Part shown: piece by piece, positions 46,248 through 56,062 of the stretch | How the letters are laid out: each line of letters begins with the position of its first letter | Numbering within the stretch: position 1 is the stretch's first letter | Assembly (NCBI GenBank): GCA_903864265.1 | Contig: CAIPFN010000080.1 | Location: forward strand, 18,150 to 82,149 | From: an uncultured Bacteroidales bacterium | Lineage (GTDB): Bacteria; Bacteroidota; Bacteroidia; Bacteroidales; UBA4417 | DNA: 64,000 nucleotides | Direction: 5' to 3' | Notes under the pieces: model-generated | Database searches by the model: none | What the model was told of the DNA's origin: nothing | What the model saw: the letters and a program-made list of their open reading frames with translations, nothing else | Program-made: the position numbers and the translations under genes

Positions 46248-48074
46248 GTGAAGATATATTTCCGCTTGCTGGCTTTCGCTAAGCCATACAGGAACTACAT
46301 TCCCGAGTACATATTGTATGTTATCCCTTCCATTATTTTCGGAGCGCTCAATTTTACGCTTCTCATGCCTTTGCTGGATGTGCTTTTTAACGTGGATGCC
46401 AAAGCTACGGTAACGCAGTTGCCTGCGTTCTCGATGTCAATGAATTATATTAAGCTTTTCTTTCAATACTATTATTTTGAAGTGGCTGTGGCTCACGGTA
46501 AATTTGCTGCCCTCGAAGTTATTTGCGGCATCATCACGGCAAGTGTTTTCCTGGCCAACTTTTTCCGCTATATGTCGCAGCGCGTGTTAACCCGCATGCG
46601 CACCTGGGTGGTGTACCGGCTTAAAAAATCGCTTTTCAATAAGCTGAGCACCTTGCATATGGGATTTTTTCACCGCCAGCAAAAAGGGAATATACTGTCC
46701 ATCATGTCGACCGATGTGCACGAAATCGAGAATTCTATTGTTAGTTCCGTGCAGGTGCTGTTCCGCGACCCCCTCACTATACTGGTGTATATTATACTGC
46801 TCTTTGGCATGTCGCTGAAACTCACGCTTTTTACCATAGTATTCTTCCCTGCGGCGGCTTCATTGATTGCAGGCATCTCCAAAAAACTAAGGAAAAGCGC
46901 CACCAGCAGCCAGAGTCTCCTGGGCCGGCTGCTGAATGTAACGGATGAAACCATCTCGGGAGCACGTATCATTAAAGCGTTTACGGCACAGGCCTTCGTT
47001 CAGTCAAAATTCAACGTGCACAACGAATCGTACCGTAAAGTCCAGAAATCGATGGTGAACCGCCGCGAAATGGCGGGCCCCCTTTCGGAATTCCTGGGCG
47101 TGTTGGTTATAATCTCAGTCATGGTTTATGGGGGACGGCTGGTGCTGAACCAGCAATCCGACCTCTCGGCCAGCGGATTTGTAACCTATATTATTCTGTA
47201 TACCCAGCTGATTGCACCCATAAAAAATATCTCCACGGCGGTAACCAACATACAGCGCGGCCTTGCTGCCGGCGAACGGGTGCTGGCTATAATCGATACC
47301 GAAAATGAAGTGGTCGACAAAGCGGATGCAGGTACGCTGGCTTCATTCGAAAAGCAAATAGAGTTCCGCAATACCACGTTTGCCTATAATACCGAAGAAG
47401 TATTAAAGGACATTTCGTTCACCATCCCTAAAGGCAGGATGGTTGCCATTGTAGGACAAAGCGGGGCAGGGAAGTCGACTGCCGCCGACCTGCTTTGCCG
47501 GTTTTATGATCCTCAGATTGGAGGGGTGTGGATTGATGGTTCCGATATCAGGGACTATACCCTCGAAAGCCTGCGCAGGCAGATGGGAATCGTAACCCAG
47601 GAAGCCATACTTTTCAACGACACCGTGTTCAACAATATAGCTTTCGGGATAGAAAATGCAGAGGAGAAAGATGTGATTTTTGCCGCTCAGGTGGCCAACG
47701 CCCATGAATTTATCACGCAGATGGAAGAGGGTTATCAGACCAACATCGGCGACCGCGGCTCGCGCCTCTCAGGCGGACAACGTCAACGCATCAGTATCGC
47801 CAGGGCGGTATTGAAGAACCCGCCGATTTTGATCCTCGACGAAGCCACATCTTCCCTGGATACCGAAAGCGAGAAACTGGTGCAGGATGCCATTCAGAAG
47901 CTGATGCTGAACCGCACTTCACTGGTTATTGCGCACCGCCTTTCGACCATACAGTATGCCGACGAAATCATTGTACTGAATGCGGGGCAGATCGTGCAAC
48001 GCGGAACCCACCAGGAATTGATTTCTCAGAAAGGAATTTATAAAAAGCTGTGCGACATGCAGTCGTTTGCTTAA
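46248..48074 (+). CDS. ABC transporter, fused permease/ATPase (MsbA-like exporter)
   Basis: A six-TM type I exporter domain followed by Walker A GQSGAGKST, signature LSGGQRQR and Walker B ILILDEATS. It has a GTG start. Confidence 0.9.
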   Translation: MKIYFRLLAFAKPYRNYIPEYILYVIPSIIFGALNFTLLMPLLDVLFNVDAKATVTQLPAFSMSMNYIKLFFQYYYFEVAVAHGKFAALEVICGIITASVFLANFFRYMSQRVLTRMRTWVVYRLKKSLFNKLSTLHMGFFHRQQKGNILSIMSTDVHEIENSIVSSVQVLFRDPLTILVYIILLFGMSLKLTLFTIVFFPAAASLIAGISKKLRKSATSSQSLLGRLLNVTDETISGARIIKAFTAQAFVQSKFNVHNESYRKVQKSMVNRREMAGPLSEFLGVLVIISVMVYGGRLVLNQQSDLSASGFVTYIILYTQLIAPIKNISTAVTNIQRGLAAGERVLAIIDTENEVVDKADAGTLASFEKQIEFRNTTFAYNTEEVLKDISFTIPKGRMVAIVGQSGAGKSTAADLLCRFYDPQIGGVWIDGSDIRDYTLESLRRQMGIVTQEAILFNDTVFNNIAFGIENAEEKDVIFAAQVANAHEFITQMEEGYQTNIGDRGSRLSGGQRQRISIARAVLKNPPILILDEATSSLDTESEKLVQDAIQKLMLNRTSLVIAHRLSTIQYADEIIVLNAGQIVQRGTHQELISQKGIYKKLCDMQSFA

Positions 48075-48125
48075 TGCCATATAGCGAAAAACCAACAGCT
48101 AACTTCTCCCGCATTGTGAAATGGC

Positions 48126-49076
48126 ATGAAATTAAGAAATAATATACCTATGAAAGCCATTAAATATCTGACATTTGGTTTAGCCTTTTTACTCCTTACA
48201 GGTATATTAAGCAGTTTCCTGAAAACAGAAAACAAAATCGATTTTGTTTATCCCGATGGAAATTCAAAAGCCCTCATTATGAGTTATGATGATGGTACTG
48301 TGGATGATGTGAGACTTACCCGCTTATTTGATGAAAATAAAATTATAGGAACATTCAATCTGAATTCCGGGCTGCTTGGAACTACCCAGGTATGGCCACA
48401 AAAGAATGCCGATACACTCGTTTATAAATATTTGCCCAAAGATTCATTGCCCGCCATATATAAAAATCATGAAATTGCAGCACACAGCTTAACCCACAAG
48501 GATTTCAAAAACCTGAGCGATAAGGAGATTCTGCAGGAAGTTGAAACCGACATCGCAAACCTGAATAAGCTTACAAAACGGAAGATCCGGAGCCTGGCTT
48601 ATCCTTTCGGGAATTCGAGCGCTCATATTGCTCAATTAATCAGCAAAACCGGCCTTACCAATGCACGAATCGTCGGCGACACATACACCTTCAATTTGCC
48701 CGATACTTTTTTGTTGTGGCGCCCCACTTGTCACGACAGCAAAGCATTGGGATTGTTAAATAGTTATTTATCTCTCAAAAGTAATAAACTCACTGTTTTC
48801 CTGGTCTGGGGGCATTCGTGGGAGTTTAAAGATGCGAAAAGATGGAATGATTTCAATAAATTTTGCAGGGAAGCAGGCAATAGGAAAGATATCTGGTATG
48901 TAGGATGCGGAGAATTTATTGAATACCAGTTAACCTTGAAAAATTTAAAAATTAAAGATGGTGTAGTTGCAAATCCCAAAGGCAATAAAGAAGTCTGGTT
49001 CAAACAGGATGGTTTAATAAAAGTCCTCAAACCAGGTAACAGGATGGAGGCTCACATAAATCAGGTCACAAAATAG
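48126..49076 (+). CDS. polysaccharide deacetylase (NodB homology) family protein
   Basis: MSYDDGTVDD (metal-binding Asp pair) and AAHSLTHKDF (His motif), with a signal/anchor segment. The start could be the ATG at 48150. Confidence 0.75.
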   Translation: MKLRNNIPMKAIKYLTFGLAFLLLTGILSSFLKTENKIDFVYPDGNSKALIMSYDDGTVDDVRLTRLFDENKIIGTFNLNSGLLGTTQVWPQKNADTLVYKYLPKDSLPAIYKNHEIAAHSLTHKDFKNLSDKEILQEVETDIANLNKLTKRKIRSLAYPFGNSSAHIAQLISKTGLTNARIVGDTYTFNLPDTFLLWRPTCHDSKALGLLNSYLSLKSNKLTVFLVWGHSWEFKDAKRWNDFNKFCREAGNRKDIWYVGCGEFIEYQLTLKNLKIKDGVVANPKGNKEVWFKQDGLIKVLKPGNRMEAHINQVTK

Positions 49077-49181
49077 AAGGTGAGGGCCGTCGGGATGTTT
49101 TGAATTAGCACCTGATAACGAATGATCTGACTGGAAATAGAATGTTGCCAAAAAGACAGAAACTGATTATAAAATCATTTT

Positions 49182-50384
49182 ATGACAAACACCTTAAGTG
49201 TAAAAATAAAATCTCTGGCTGCCGAATTTGCTCCTGGTATTATCCATATTCGCAGGCATTTGCACTCCCGCCCCGAATTATCGGAACTCGAGTTCCATAC
49301 GGCTGATTTTATCTGTGCCACCCTCGACAGTTATGGAATTCCGTATGTCCGGAATGTGGGAGGAAACGGTATTGTAGCAAAAATTGAAGGCCGGCAGCCT
49401 CAGTCATCCACACTCGCCCTGCGGGCCGATATGGATGCCCTTCCAATTCATGAGCTGAATGCCTGTGATTATAAATCGCTGAATCCCGGCGTGATGCATG
49501 CCTGCGGGCACGATGTTCACATGGCATCATTGCTGGGAGCATCCAGGATACTGAATGAATTAAAAAATGAATTCGAAGGCACCATCAGGCTAATTTTTCA
49601 GCCTTCGGAGGAGAAATTCCCCGGAGGAGCCCTGGCCATGATAAAGGACGGAGTACTCAATAACCCGGTTCCCGGGCGCATTTACGGACAGCATGTATTG
49701 CCTACTCTCGAAGCCGGGAAAGTAGGTTTCAAACCCGGCCGGTATATGGCTTCAACGGATGAAATTTATCTGACCGTCAGAGGCCGTGGTGGCCATGCCG
49801 CCACTCCCGAACTGAATACGGATACCGTTCTGATAGCGTCCCATATTATTGTTGCCATGCAGCAGGTTGTAAGCCGCTCGGCCCCTCCGGGCATTCCTAC
49901 TGTACTCTCTTTCGGGCGGGTGATTGCCGACGGGCGTACCAATATCATTCCTTCGGAAGTGAAAATCGACGGTACCTTCCGTACTTTCGACGAAACCTGG
50001 CGTGCCCTGGCCCATGAAAAAATTACCGCCCTGGCCACGGGACTGGCTGCAAGCATGGGCGGCAGCTGCGAGGTGTTTATCGACAAGGGTTACCCTTTCC
50101 TGGTAAACGACGACCTGGCAACCTCCGAAGCCAGGGCTTTGGCACAGGAATTCCTGGGTGCCGGAAATGTAGTGGATCTTGAACAACGCATGACAGCCGA
50201 AGATTTCGCCTACTATTCACAGCTTATCCCGGCCTGTTTCTATCGCCTGGGGGTCAAAGATCCTTCCTGGGAAGGCATACGTAACCTCCATACCCCGGAG
50301 TTTGATGCCGACGAGCGCAGCCTCGAAACCGGTATGGGACTGATGGCCTGGCTTGCCCTGAACCAATTAAAACCCTGGCAATGA
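49182..50384 (+). CDS. M20 family amidohydrolase (N-acyl-amino-acid amidohydrolase-like)
   Basis: LRADMDALP, MHACGHDVH and the dimerisation-domain layout of the M20D/ILR1-like family. Confidence 0.85.
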   Translation: MTNTLSVKIKSLAAEFAPGIIHIRRHLHSRPELSELEFHTADFICATLDSYGIPYVRNVGGNGIVAKIEGRQPQSSTLALRADMDALPIHELNACDYKSLNPGVMHACGHDVHMASLLGASRILNELKNEFEGTIRLIFQPSEEKFPGGALAMIKDGVLNNPVPGRIYGQHVLPTLEAGKVGFKPGRYMASTDEIYLTVRGRGGHAATPELNTDTVLIASHIIVAMQQVVSRSAPPGIPTVLSFGRVIADGRTNIIPSEVKIDGTFRTFDETWRALAHEKITALATGLAASMGGSCEVFIDKGYPFLVNDDLATSEARALAQEFLGAGNVVDLEQRMTAEDFAYYSQLIPACFYRLGVKDPSWEGIRNLHTPEFDADERSLETGMGLMAWLALNQLKPWQ

Positions 50385-51472
50385 AAGTAAACGGGAAACA
50401 TTACCGCACCATCTGGATGAACAATAAAACGGGGGTGGTCAGCATGATCGACCAGAATGAACTGCCCTTTGCCTTTATAATTCATGAAGCCTGCGGATAC
50501 CGTGATACCTGTCATGCCATTGTGAGCATGATTACCCGGGGAGCCGGGGCTATAGGGGCAGCGGCGGGATTTGCCATGGCACAGGCTTTCTGCGAAGGGA
50601 TAAGGGATGAGAAGCCGGCAAGGCGGGAGCAGAAGGGCGAGGGCTATAGCCCCGAACAACTCGCATTTTTCGAACGTGCCCGTAAGTCCATCGAAGCCAC
50701 CCGACCCACAGCCCGCAATCTTTTTTATGCTACCGAAAGGGTGTACCAGGCAGGCCTGGTAAGCGCCGAAGCCGCCTTACAGCAAGCTCAAGCCCTTGCC
50801 GATGAAAACCTGGAGGATGCACGAAAAATCGGTGAATACGGCAGCAGCCTGATCCTCAACGGCAGCCGGATATTAACCCATTGCAACGCCGGCTGGCTTG
50901 GGTTTGTGGATTACGGCAGCGCACTGGCACCGGTATATATTGCAAAAGAACAAGGCAAAGAGTGTTTCGTGTATGCCGACGAAACACGTCCCCGAAACCA
51001 GGGCGCCCGTCTTACCGCCTGGGAACTTCAAAATGAAGGTATTCCGCATCGCATAGTTCCCGACAACGCAGGTGCTCACCTGATGAGCCGCGGAATGATA
51101 GATTTTGTTATCGTGGGTGCCGACCGTATTGCCGCCAACGGCGATACCGCCAATAAAATCGGGACTTTTGAAAAGGCCATAGTAGCTAAGGAATTTGGAA
51201 TACCCTTTTATGTGGCTGTGCCGTTTTCAACCATAGATTTTAGCCTTACGGATGGAACTCAAATTCCCATTGAGGAACGCAGCGAAGATGAAGTGCTCAG
51301 CTATTCGGGGCCGGATGCAGAAGGCATAATCCGGACTATACGGATGGCTTCGCCCGGCTCGCATGCCCTGAACCCCGCCTTTGATGTTACTCCCACCCGG
51401 TTTATTACGGGATTTATAACGGAAAAGGGGATAATACAAGCGGATGAGCTTCTGAAATGGAAGACTTCTTAA
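50381..51472 (+). CDS. mtnA: S-methyl-5-thioribose-1-phosphate isomerase (eIF-2B alpha/beta/delta-like)
   Basis: ILTHCNAG, ETRPRNQGARLTAWEL, VGADRIAANGDTANKIGT and NPAFDVTP motifs. It overlaps the M20 gene by ATGA. Confidence 0.85.
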   Translation: MKVNGKHYRTIWMNNKTGVVSMIDQNELPFAFIIHEACGYRDTCHAIVSMITRGAGAIGAAAGFAMAQAFCEGIRDEKPARREQKGEGYSPEQLAFFERARKSIEATRPTARNLFYATERVYQAGLVSAEAALQQAQALADENLEDARKIGEYGSSLILNGSRILTHCNAGWLGFVDYGSALAPVYIAKEQGKECFVYADETRPRNQGARLTAWELQNEGIPHRIVPDNAGAHLMSRGMIDFVIVGADRIAANGDTANKIGTFEKAIVAKEFGIPFYVAVPFSTIDFSLTDGTQIPIEERSEDEVLSYSGPDAEGIIRTIRMASPGSHALNPAFDVTPTRFITGFITEKGIIQADELLKWKTS

Positions 51473-51521
51473 ATATAACGTATACCCTATCGCTATTCCC
51501 GAATGTTCAAAGCAAATTAAA

Positions 51522-52100
51522 ATGGAAGCAAACACCTGCAACTGGCCCGGCACCGATATGCTGATGATCGCCTACCACGATACCGAATGGGGGGTTCCCC
51601 TTCATGATGACTGGAAATTATTTGAATTTATGCTGCTCGATGCGTTCCAGGCCGGTTTGAGCTGGAAAACCATACTTCATCGCCGCGAAGGCTTCAGGCA
51701 AGCATTCGACGGTTTTGAAATTGAAAAAATAGCTGCCTACCAGGAGGATAAAATCCAGCAACTGATGCAGGATACGCGAATCATCCGCAATCAATCGAAA
51801 ATCCGTTCGTCGGTGACCAACGCACAGGCATTCCTGAAAATTCAGAAGGAATTCGGCACCTTCGACCGGTACATCTGGCAATTTACGGGAGGGACTACCC
51901 TATACAGCAACCTGACAGAACTTTCGCAAATTCCTGCCCGCTCTCCCGAATCGGATGCCATGAGCAAAGACCTGATCAGGAGAGGATTTAAATTCGTGGG
52001 TTCAACTATTTGTTACGCGTTTATGCAGGCGTCTGGAATGGTGAACGACCACCTGCTCTGTTGCTCCCGGCATCCGGCTAACCAACAGAAAATGAGCTAG
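51522..52100 (+). CDS. tag: DNA-3-methyladenine glycosylase I
   Basis: CNWPG...YHDTEWGVP...FEFMLLDAFQAGLSW and the C-terminal zinc ligand context. Confidence 0.9.
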   Translation: MEANTCNWPGTDMLMIAYHDTEWGVPLHDDWKLFEFMLLDAFQAGLSWKTILHRREGFRQAFDGFEIEKIAAYQEDKIQQLMQDTRIIRNQSKIRSSVTNAQAFLKIQKEFGTFDRYIWQFTGGTTLYSNLTELSQIPARSPESDAMSKDLIRRGFKFVGSTICYAFMQASGMVNDHLLCCSRHPANQQKMS

Positions 52101-52126
52101 AATTTTAATTAAAAAAGGCAAATTAT

Positions 52127-52828
52127 TTATTTATCCTTTATGCAACGGACTGAAAATCCTAATTTCTTAGATCCGGAGATTCGGCTTACAGCAGCAGTAT
52201 TATATTTCAAACACTCGTGCCAGGCCTCGGATGCCAAACTCCCGGTGGTACTCCACCACCATCCGTATTTGCTGTTTAAGTAGAATAGGCCATTCGTATA
52301 ATGGCTGCCTGCCGGTAGAGCCGTAAAACCGGTGCTGTTATCGGCCCCTGTATTGGGCGAAACCCAATGAGCTGTGCCCGATTCTTTTAATTTGCCGCCA
52401 GCTATGCTGTCACCTCCCAGGAATGTGATCAGGGCGGACCATTCGGCATCGGTTGGCACATGCCAGCCCGTGGGACACAACCTGCTGTCGCTGGCGGCAT
52501 ACCAGTTATACAAAGCCCCATAGTTGGCTTTATTGGTAAAGTCGTTATTGTACCAGCAAAAGGCCGGAGTGGTTAACCCGCCCCAGGCAGAGTTATCCGT
52601 TACATTGGTTATGGGCGTTTTTGACGCATCGTTGTAATGGGTGGTTTTAAGATCCTCAGTCAGCCAGGTTTGAGTGCCTATGGTTACGGTATGGTATACA
52701 TTGCCGTCAGCGTCGGTAACCGTGGCCGATGAGCCCGTGCTGTCATCTTTTTTACAACTGTTTAAAAAGAGTACGATAAGCCCTGTAATGAATAAAGGGT
52801 AGATCCAGGTACTACTTATCTTTTTCAT
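52127..52828 (-). CDS. FISUMP-domain lipoprotein (Fibrobacter succinogenes major paralogous domain)
   Basis: Lipobox (LFLNSC|KKDD). The motifs DADGNVYHTVTIGTQTWLTEDL, GALYNWYAA and CPTGWHVPTDAEW are hallmark FISUMP motifs. Confidence 0.85.
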   Translation of the reverse strand: MKKISSTWIYPLFITGLIVLFLNSCKKDDSTGSSATVTDADGNVYHTVTIGTQTWLTEDLKTTHYNDASKTPITNVTDNSAWGGLTTPAFCWYNNDFTNKANYGALYNWYAASDSRLCPTGWHVPTDAEWSALITFLGGDSIAGGKLKESGTAHWVSPNTGADNSTGFTALPAGSHYTNGLFYLNSKYGWWWSTTGSLASEAWHECLKYNTAAVSRISGSKKLGFSVRCIKDK

Positions 52829-52969
52829 AGTTATTTAGTGTTTATTGGTTAGTTTTTACGATTTACTGTTTTGGATTTGTTACTGCGTTCATATTGTTAA
52901 TTCAGTATTCTTCAGGTACATTTTTGAATGAAAGATCATAATCAATTACAGTGGCATTTTTTTAGTTCT

Positions 52970-54547
52970 TTATTGAATAACTATTTTCTGAGAACCAATA
53001 ATCCGAGTATCTCTATTTACTTTTATAAAATAGATTCCCGGTGATTGATGGTTCAAATCAATCGTATTTACGGCATTTATGGCTTCTTGCTTATGGATTA
53101 AAGCTCCGGAATTATTATATACTTCAATACAACTGTTGTGAATTGAAGGGGGAAGAACAACTTCAAAAGTGCCATAAGAAGGATTTGAATAAACCTTTAA
53201 GTTTTGGTTACTGCATTCCTTAATACCCGATGAGTGTTTTTCGGTATAGCGGCACAACTGGTAATCGGCAAAATAGCCATAGGCAGCCTTATAATAAATC
53301 GCATTGTTAAAAGGTACCCAGGCTTCCCAGGGATAAAATACATCTACCCCATTGGAAGATGGTTTGGGGCATACGATTCCGGCAGCAGTGCCATGCGAAG
53401 CAAATAATTCTGCGGCTTTCGAAATGGAATCATATCCTGTCATGATCAGCCTGTTTTGAAAGGCGTATAATTTATCGGGATGAAGTCCATGGGCGAAATT
53501 GGTAACTTTGGTTGTTCCTGCCGTTATGCCGTCGCTTACCCATAATTGAATAGTCGCTGTTAGCGAATCATGACCACTCATATACAGCTTGTTGCTAAAA
53601 ACAGCCATTGACTGTGGCAGAAATCCGGAATAAGTACGGGGAGTATAATCTGTTTTAACCGCTATGGTGCCTGTTGTTGTGCCATCAGTTGACCAGAGCT
53701 GATACAATGAGCCCTTGTCGAGACCCATTAAAAACAGTTTTGAATTGAAGGGCGTAAACGTGCCTGGCGAAAGCCCGATGTCACCCGGATTAATATTCGT
53801 AACTTTCGAGGTGGCTGCGGTAGTTCCATCGGTAACCCAAAGTTGTAATCCGCTTGCATTGTCGATGGCGCTGAAATAGACTTTATCGTTATAGGCTGTG
53901 AACCCGGATGAATTTGCGCCATATTGTGAGGCAATCTCCTTAAGTTTCATGATTCCCGCTGCTGTGCCATCCGAAACCCATGGCACAGCATAGGATCCTT
54001 CGACTACGTATGCGCTGAAATAGATCTTTCCACCACATACAGTCATATTTGAAATATACGACCCACCTGATGGATTGATTGCTTTAACCAGCCTTGTGCC
54101 AATTGAAGTTCTATCTGTTTGCCATAGCTGATCCTTAACCGGATTTGAATTTGTAGTATCGCCTGCGAAATAAATTTTATTGTTCATCACCACATTGTTG
54201 GCAGCACTTATAGTTATTTTTTTAATCAATGAAGTACCGGTTGTAGTCCCATCACTTTTCCAGAGTTGATGGAAATTATTGAAAACCAGGAGGTTGTTTA
54301 TCATTGTCAGGTGCCGGAGCGAAGGATAATGTTGTATGGAATCAATTTGTTTCACAACGCTTACCCCGGCTTCAGTACCATCAGTAAACATTAATTTGTC
54401 AACATACTGCTGGTCATCAGTACCTAAAAAATAAAGTTTACTGTTAAACACGGTGAGGTTGCTGGGGTTAAGTCCATTAGATCCATAATAATTGATTTCG
54501 GTTATCTTTTCAACCTGTTGTGATCTCACTGCTGTTGAGATGAACAT
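52970..54547 (-). CDS. ELWxxDGT-repeat protein with T9SS C-terminal sorting domain (signal peptide apparently disrupted)
   Basis: Seven repeats of LW(K/V/S)(S/T)DGT.(A/T)GT... and a CTD (LKVYSNPSYGTFEV...GIYFIKV...KIVIQ). The N-terminus MFISTAVRSQQ is only the tail of a signal peptide. See the finding at 54545-54576. Confidence 0.8.
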   Translation of the reverse strand: MFISTAVRSQQVEKITEINYYGSNGLNPSNLTVFNSKLYFLGTDDQQYVDKLMFTDGTEAGVSVVKQIDSIQHYPSLRHLTMINNLLVFNNFHQLWKSDGTTTGTSLIKKITISAANNVVMNNKIYFAGDTTNSNPVKDQLWQTDRTSIGTRLVKAINPSGGSYISNMTVCGGKIYFSAYVVEGSYAVPWVSDGTAAGIMKLKEIASQYGANSSGFTAYNDKVYFSAIDNASGLQLWVTDGTTAATSKVTNINPGDIGLSPGTFTPFNSKLFLMGLDKGSLYQLWSTDGTTTGTIAVKTDYTPRTYSGFLPQSMAVFSNKLYMSGHDSLTATIQLWVSDGITAGTTKVTNFAHGLHPDKLYAFQNRLIMTGYDSISKAAELFASHGTAAGIVCPKPSSNGVDVFYPWEAWVPFNNAIYYKAAYGYFADYQLCRYTEKHSSGIKECSNQNLKVYSNPSYGTFEVVLPPSIHNSCIEVYNNSGALIHKQEAINAVNTIDLNHQSPGIYFIKVNRDTRIIGSQKIVIQ

Positions 54548-54636
54548 CAGGAAAATAAAGAGAAAACTGTTTTCATGATTTCTTGTTTTTAGATGGTCTG
54601 TTCACGAAAACTGTTTCTGTTTTTTAGTCATCAGGA

Positions 54637-55947
54637 TTAGATTCCTGATCGATTAAGTGGTGATGCGCTATTTATCAGCATCATTTTCTTCACCTCGTTA
54701 TAAGTGCCTATTTGTAGTTTGCTGAAGTACATCCCACTGTTGCATCCGGCAGCGTTCCATTCAATGGAATACTCTCCGGCAGGCTTTCTCTCATTCACCA
54801 GATTTGCAACTTCGGTCCCCAGCAAATCAACTATCTTTAAGGAAACCTGGCCTGGCTGTATAACTTTATACTTAATGGTGGTAGTGGCAGTAAATGGATT
54901 GGGATAATTCTGAACGATGCCGGGAACGTCCGGATTTGCTTTTTTTTGTACTTCCTTTGTTGATAAAAGTACACCGCCTTCTTTATAGACCGATACTCCA
55001 TTCGAAGTCGTCCCTATCCACTTATTATCTAAACTGTCAATCGCTATTGTAACAACAGTAGTCTCCGGTAATCCCGAATTTTGAGGAGTAAAGACCGTCC
55101 AGTTTGTATCATCAAATTTTGCAAGTCCGGAATAGGTTCCTATCCACTTATTTCCTGATTCGTCTATCGCCATTGAGATTATACTATTGTCGGGAAGACC
55201 GGAATTTGAGGTGTTGTATACAGTCCAGGTAGTACCATCAAATTTGGCGATCCCTCCATGACTGGTTCCAATCCACTTATTTCCAGCAGCGTCAAAGGTT
55301 ATTGTGGTAACATTGTCATCGGTCAATCCCGTATTCGAACTAGTATAAACAGTCCAGCTTGAGTCGCTGTTTGATCTGGCAAGTCCGGCACCTGTCCCAA
55401 CCCACAAAATCCCTGAACTATCTATCACAACTGACCAGACATAATTAGAAGGAAAGCCCGAATTCCAGATATCATAAACCTTCCAGTTTATATTTCCATC
55501 AAATCGGGCAAGCCCTCCACTGTAAGTGCCGATCCATTTATTTCCTAAACCGTCCACGGCTATTGAAGTAACAATATGCCAGGGCAGACCCGAAGTAGGA
55601 TAATCGTATACCGTCCAGCTTGTTCCGCCATCAAACTTAGCAAGACCCAGGTTTGTACCTATCCATTTAATCCCTGTACCTTCTTCTATAGTTATTGTAG
55701 TTACATTGTCGTAGGGTAAGCCCGAATTGGCATGGTTGTATACTGTCCAGCTTGTGTCGGCCAGTTTGGCAACCCCTCCGGCACCGGTTCCAATCCACTT
55801 ATTCCCGGAAGCATCAATGGTTATTGCACTAACATAATAATTAGGCAAGCCCGAATTTGCGGTATTATAATATATCCACTCAGGAGTTTGTGCATAGAGA
55901 GCACAGAAAGAAACCAGAGTATTGATAAGCAGTAAGAATGTTTTCAT
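54637..55947 (-). CDS. two-component-regulator-propeller (Reg_prop) repeat protein with T9SS C-terminal sorting domain
   Basis: Signal peptide, at least 8 repeats of NKWIGT..GLAKFDG..WTVY and a CTD (VQNYPNPFTATTTIKY...GMYFSKL). Confidence 0.85.
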   Translation of the reverse strand: MKTFLLLINTLVSFCALYAQTPEWIYYNTANSGLPNYYVSAITIDASGNKWIGTGAGGVAKLADTSWTVYNHANSGLPYDNVTTITIEEGTGIKWIGTNLGLAKFDGGTSWTVYDYPTSGLPWHIVTSIAVDGLGNKWIGTYSGGLARFDGNINWKVYDIWNSGFPSNYVWSVVIDSSGILWVGTGAGLARSNSDSSWTVYTSSNTGLTDDNVTTITFDAAGNKWIGTSHGGIAKFDGTTWTVYNTSNSGLPDNSIISMAIDESGNKWIGTYSGLAKFDDTNWTVFTPQNSGLPETTVVTIAIDSLDNKWIGTTSNGVSVYKEGGVLLSTKEVQKKANPDVPGIVQNYPNPFTATTTIKYKVIQPGQVSLKIVDLLGTEVANLVNERKPAGEYSIEWNAAGCNSGMYFSKLQIGTYNEVKKMMLINSASPLNRSGI

Positions 55948-56062
55948 AATGTTTCCTCTTTTTTTTTACTGGTTTAATTGGATTTTACTTTTATGCTTTG
56001 TGTTTGCTATCAATTTGATCAAGAGGGATTTTCAAATGCGCGCAACTGATTTTTCAATTAAA

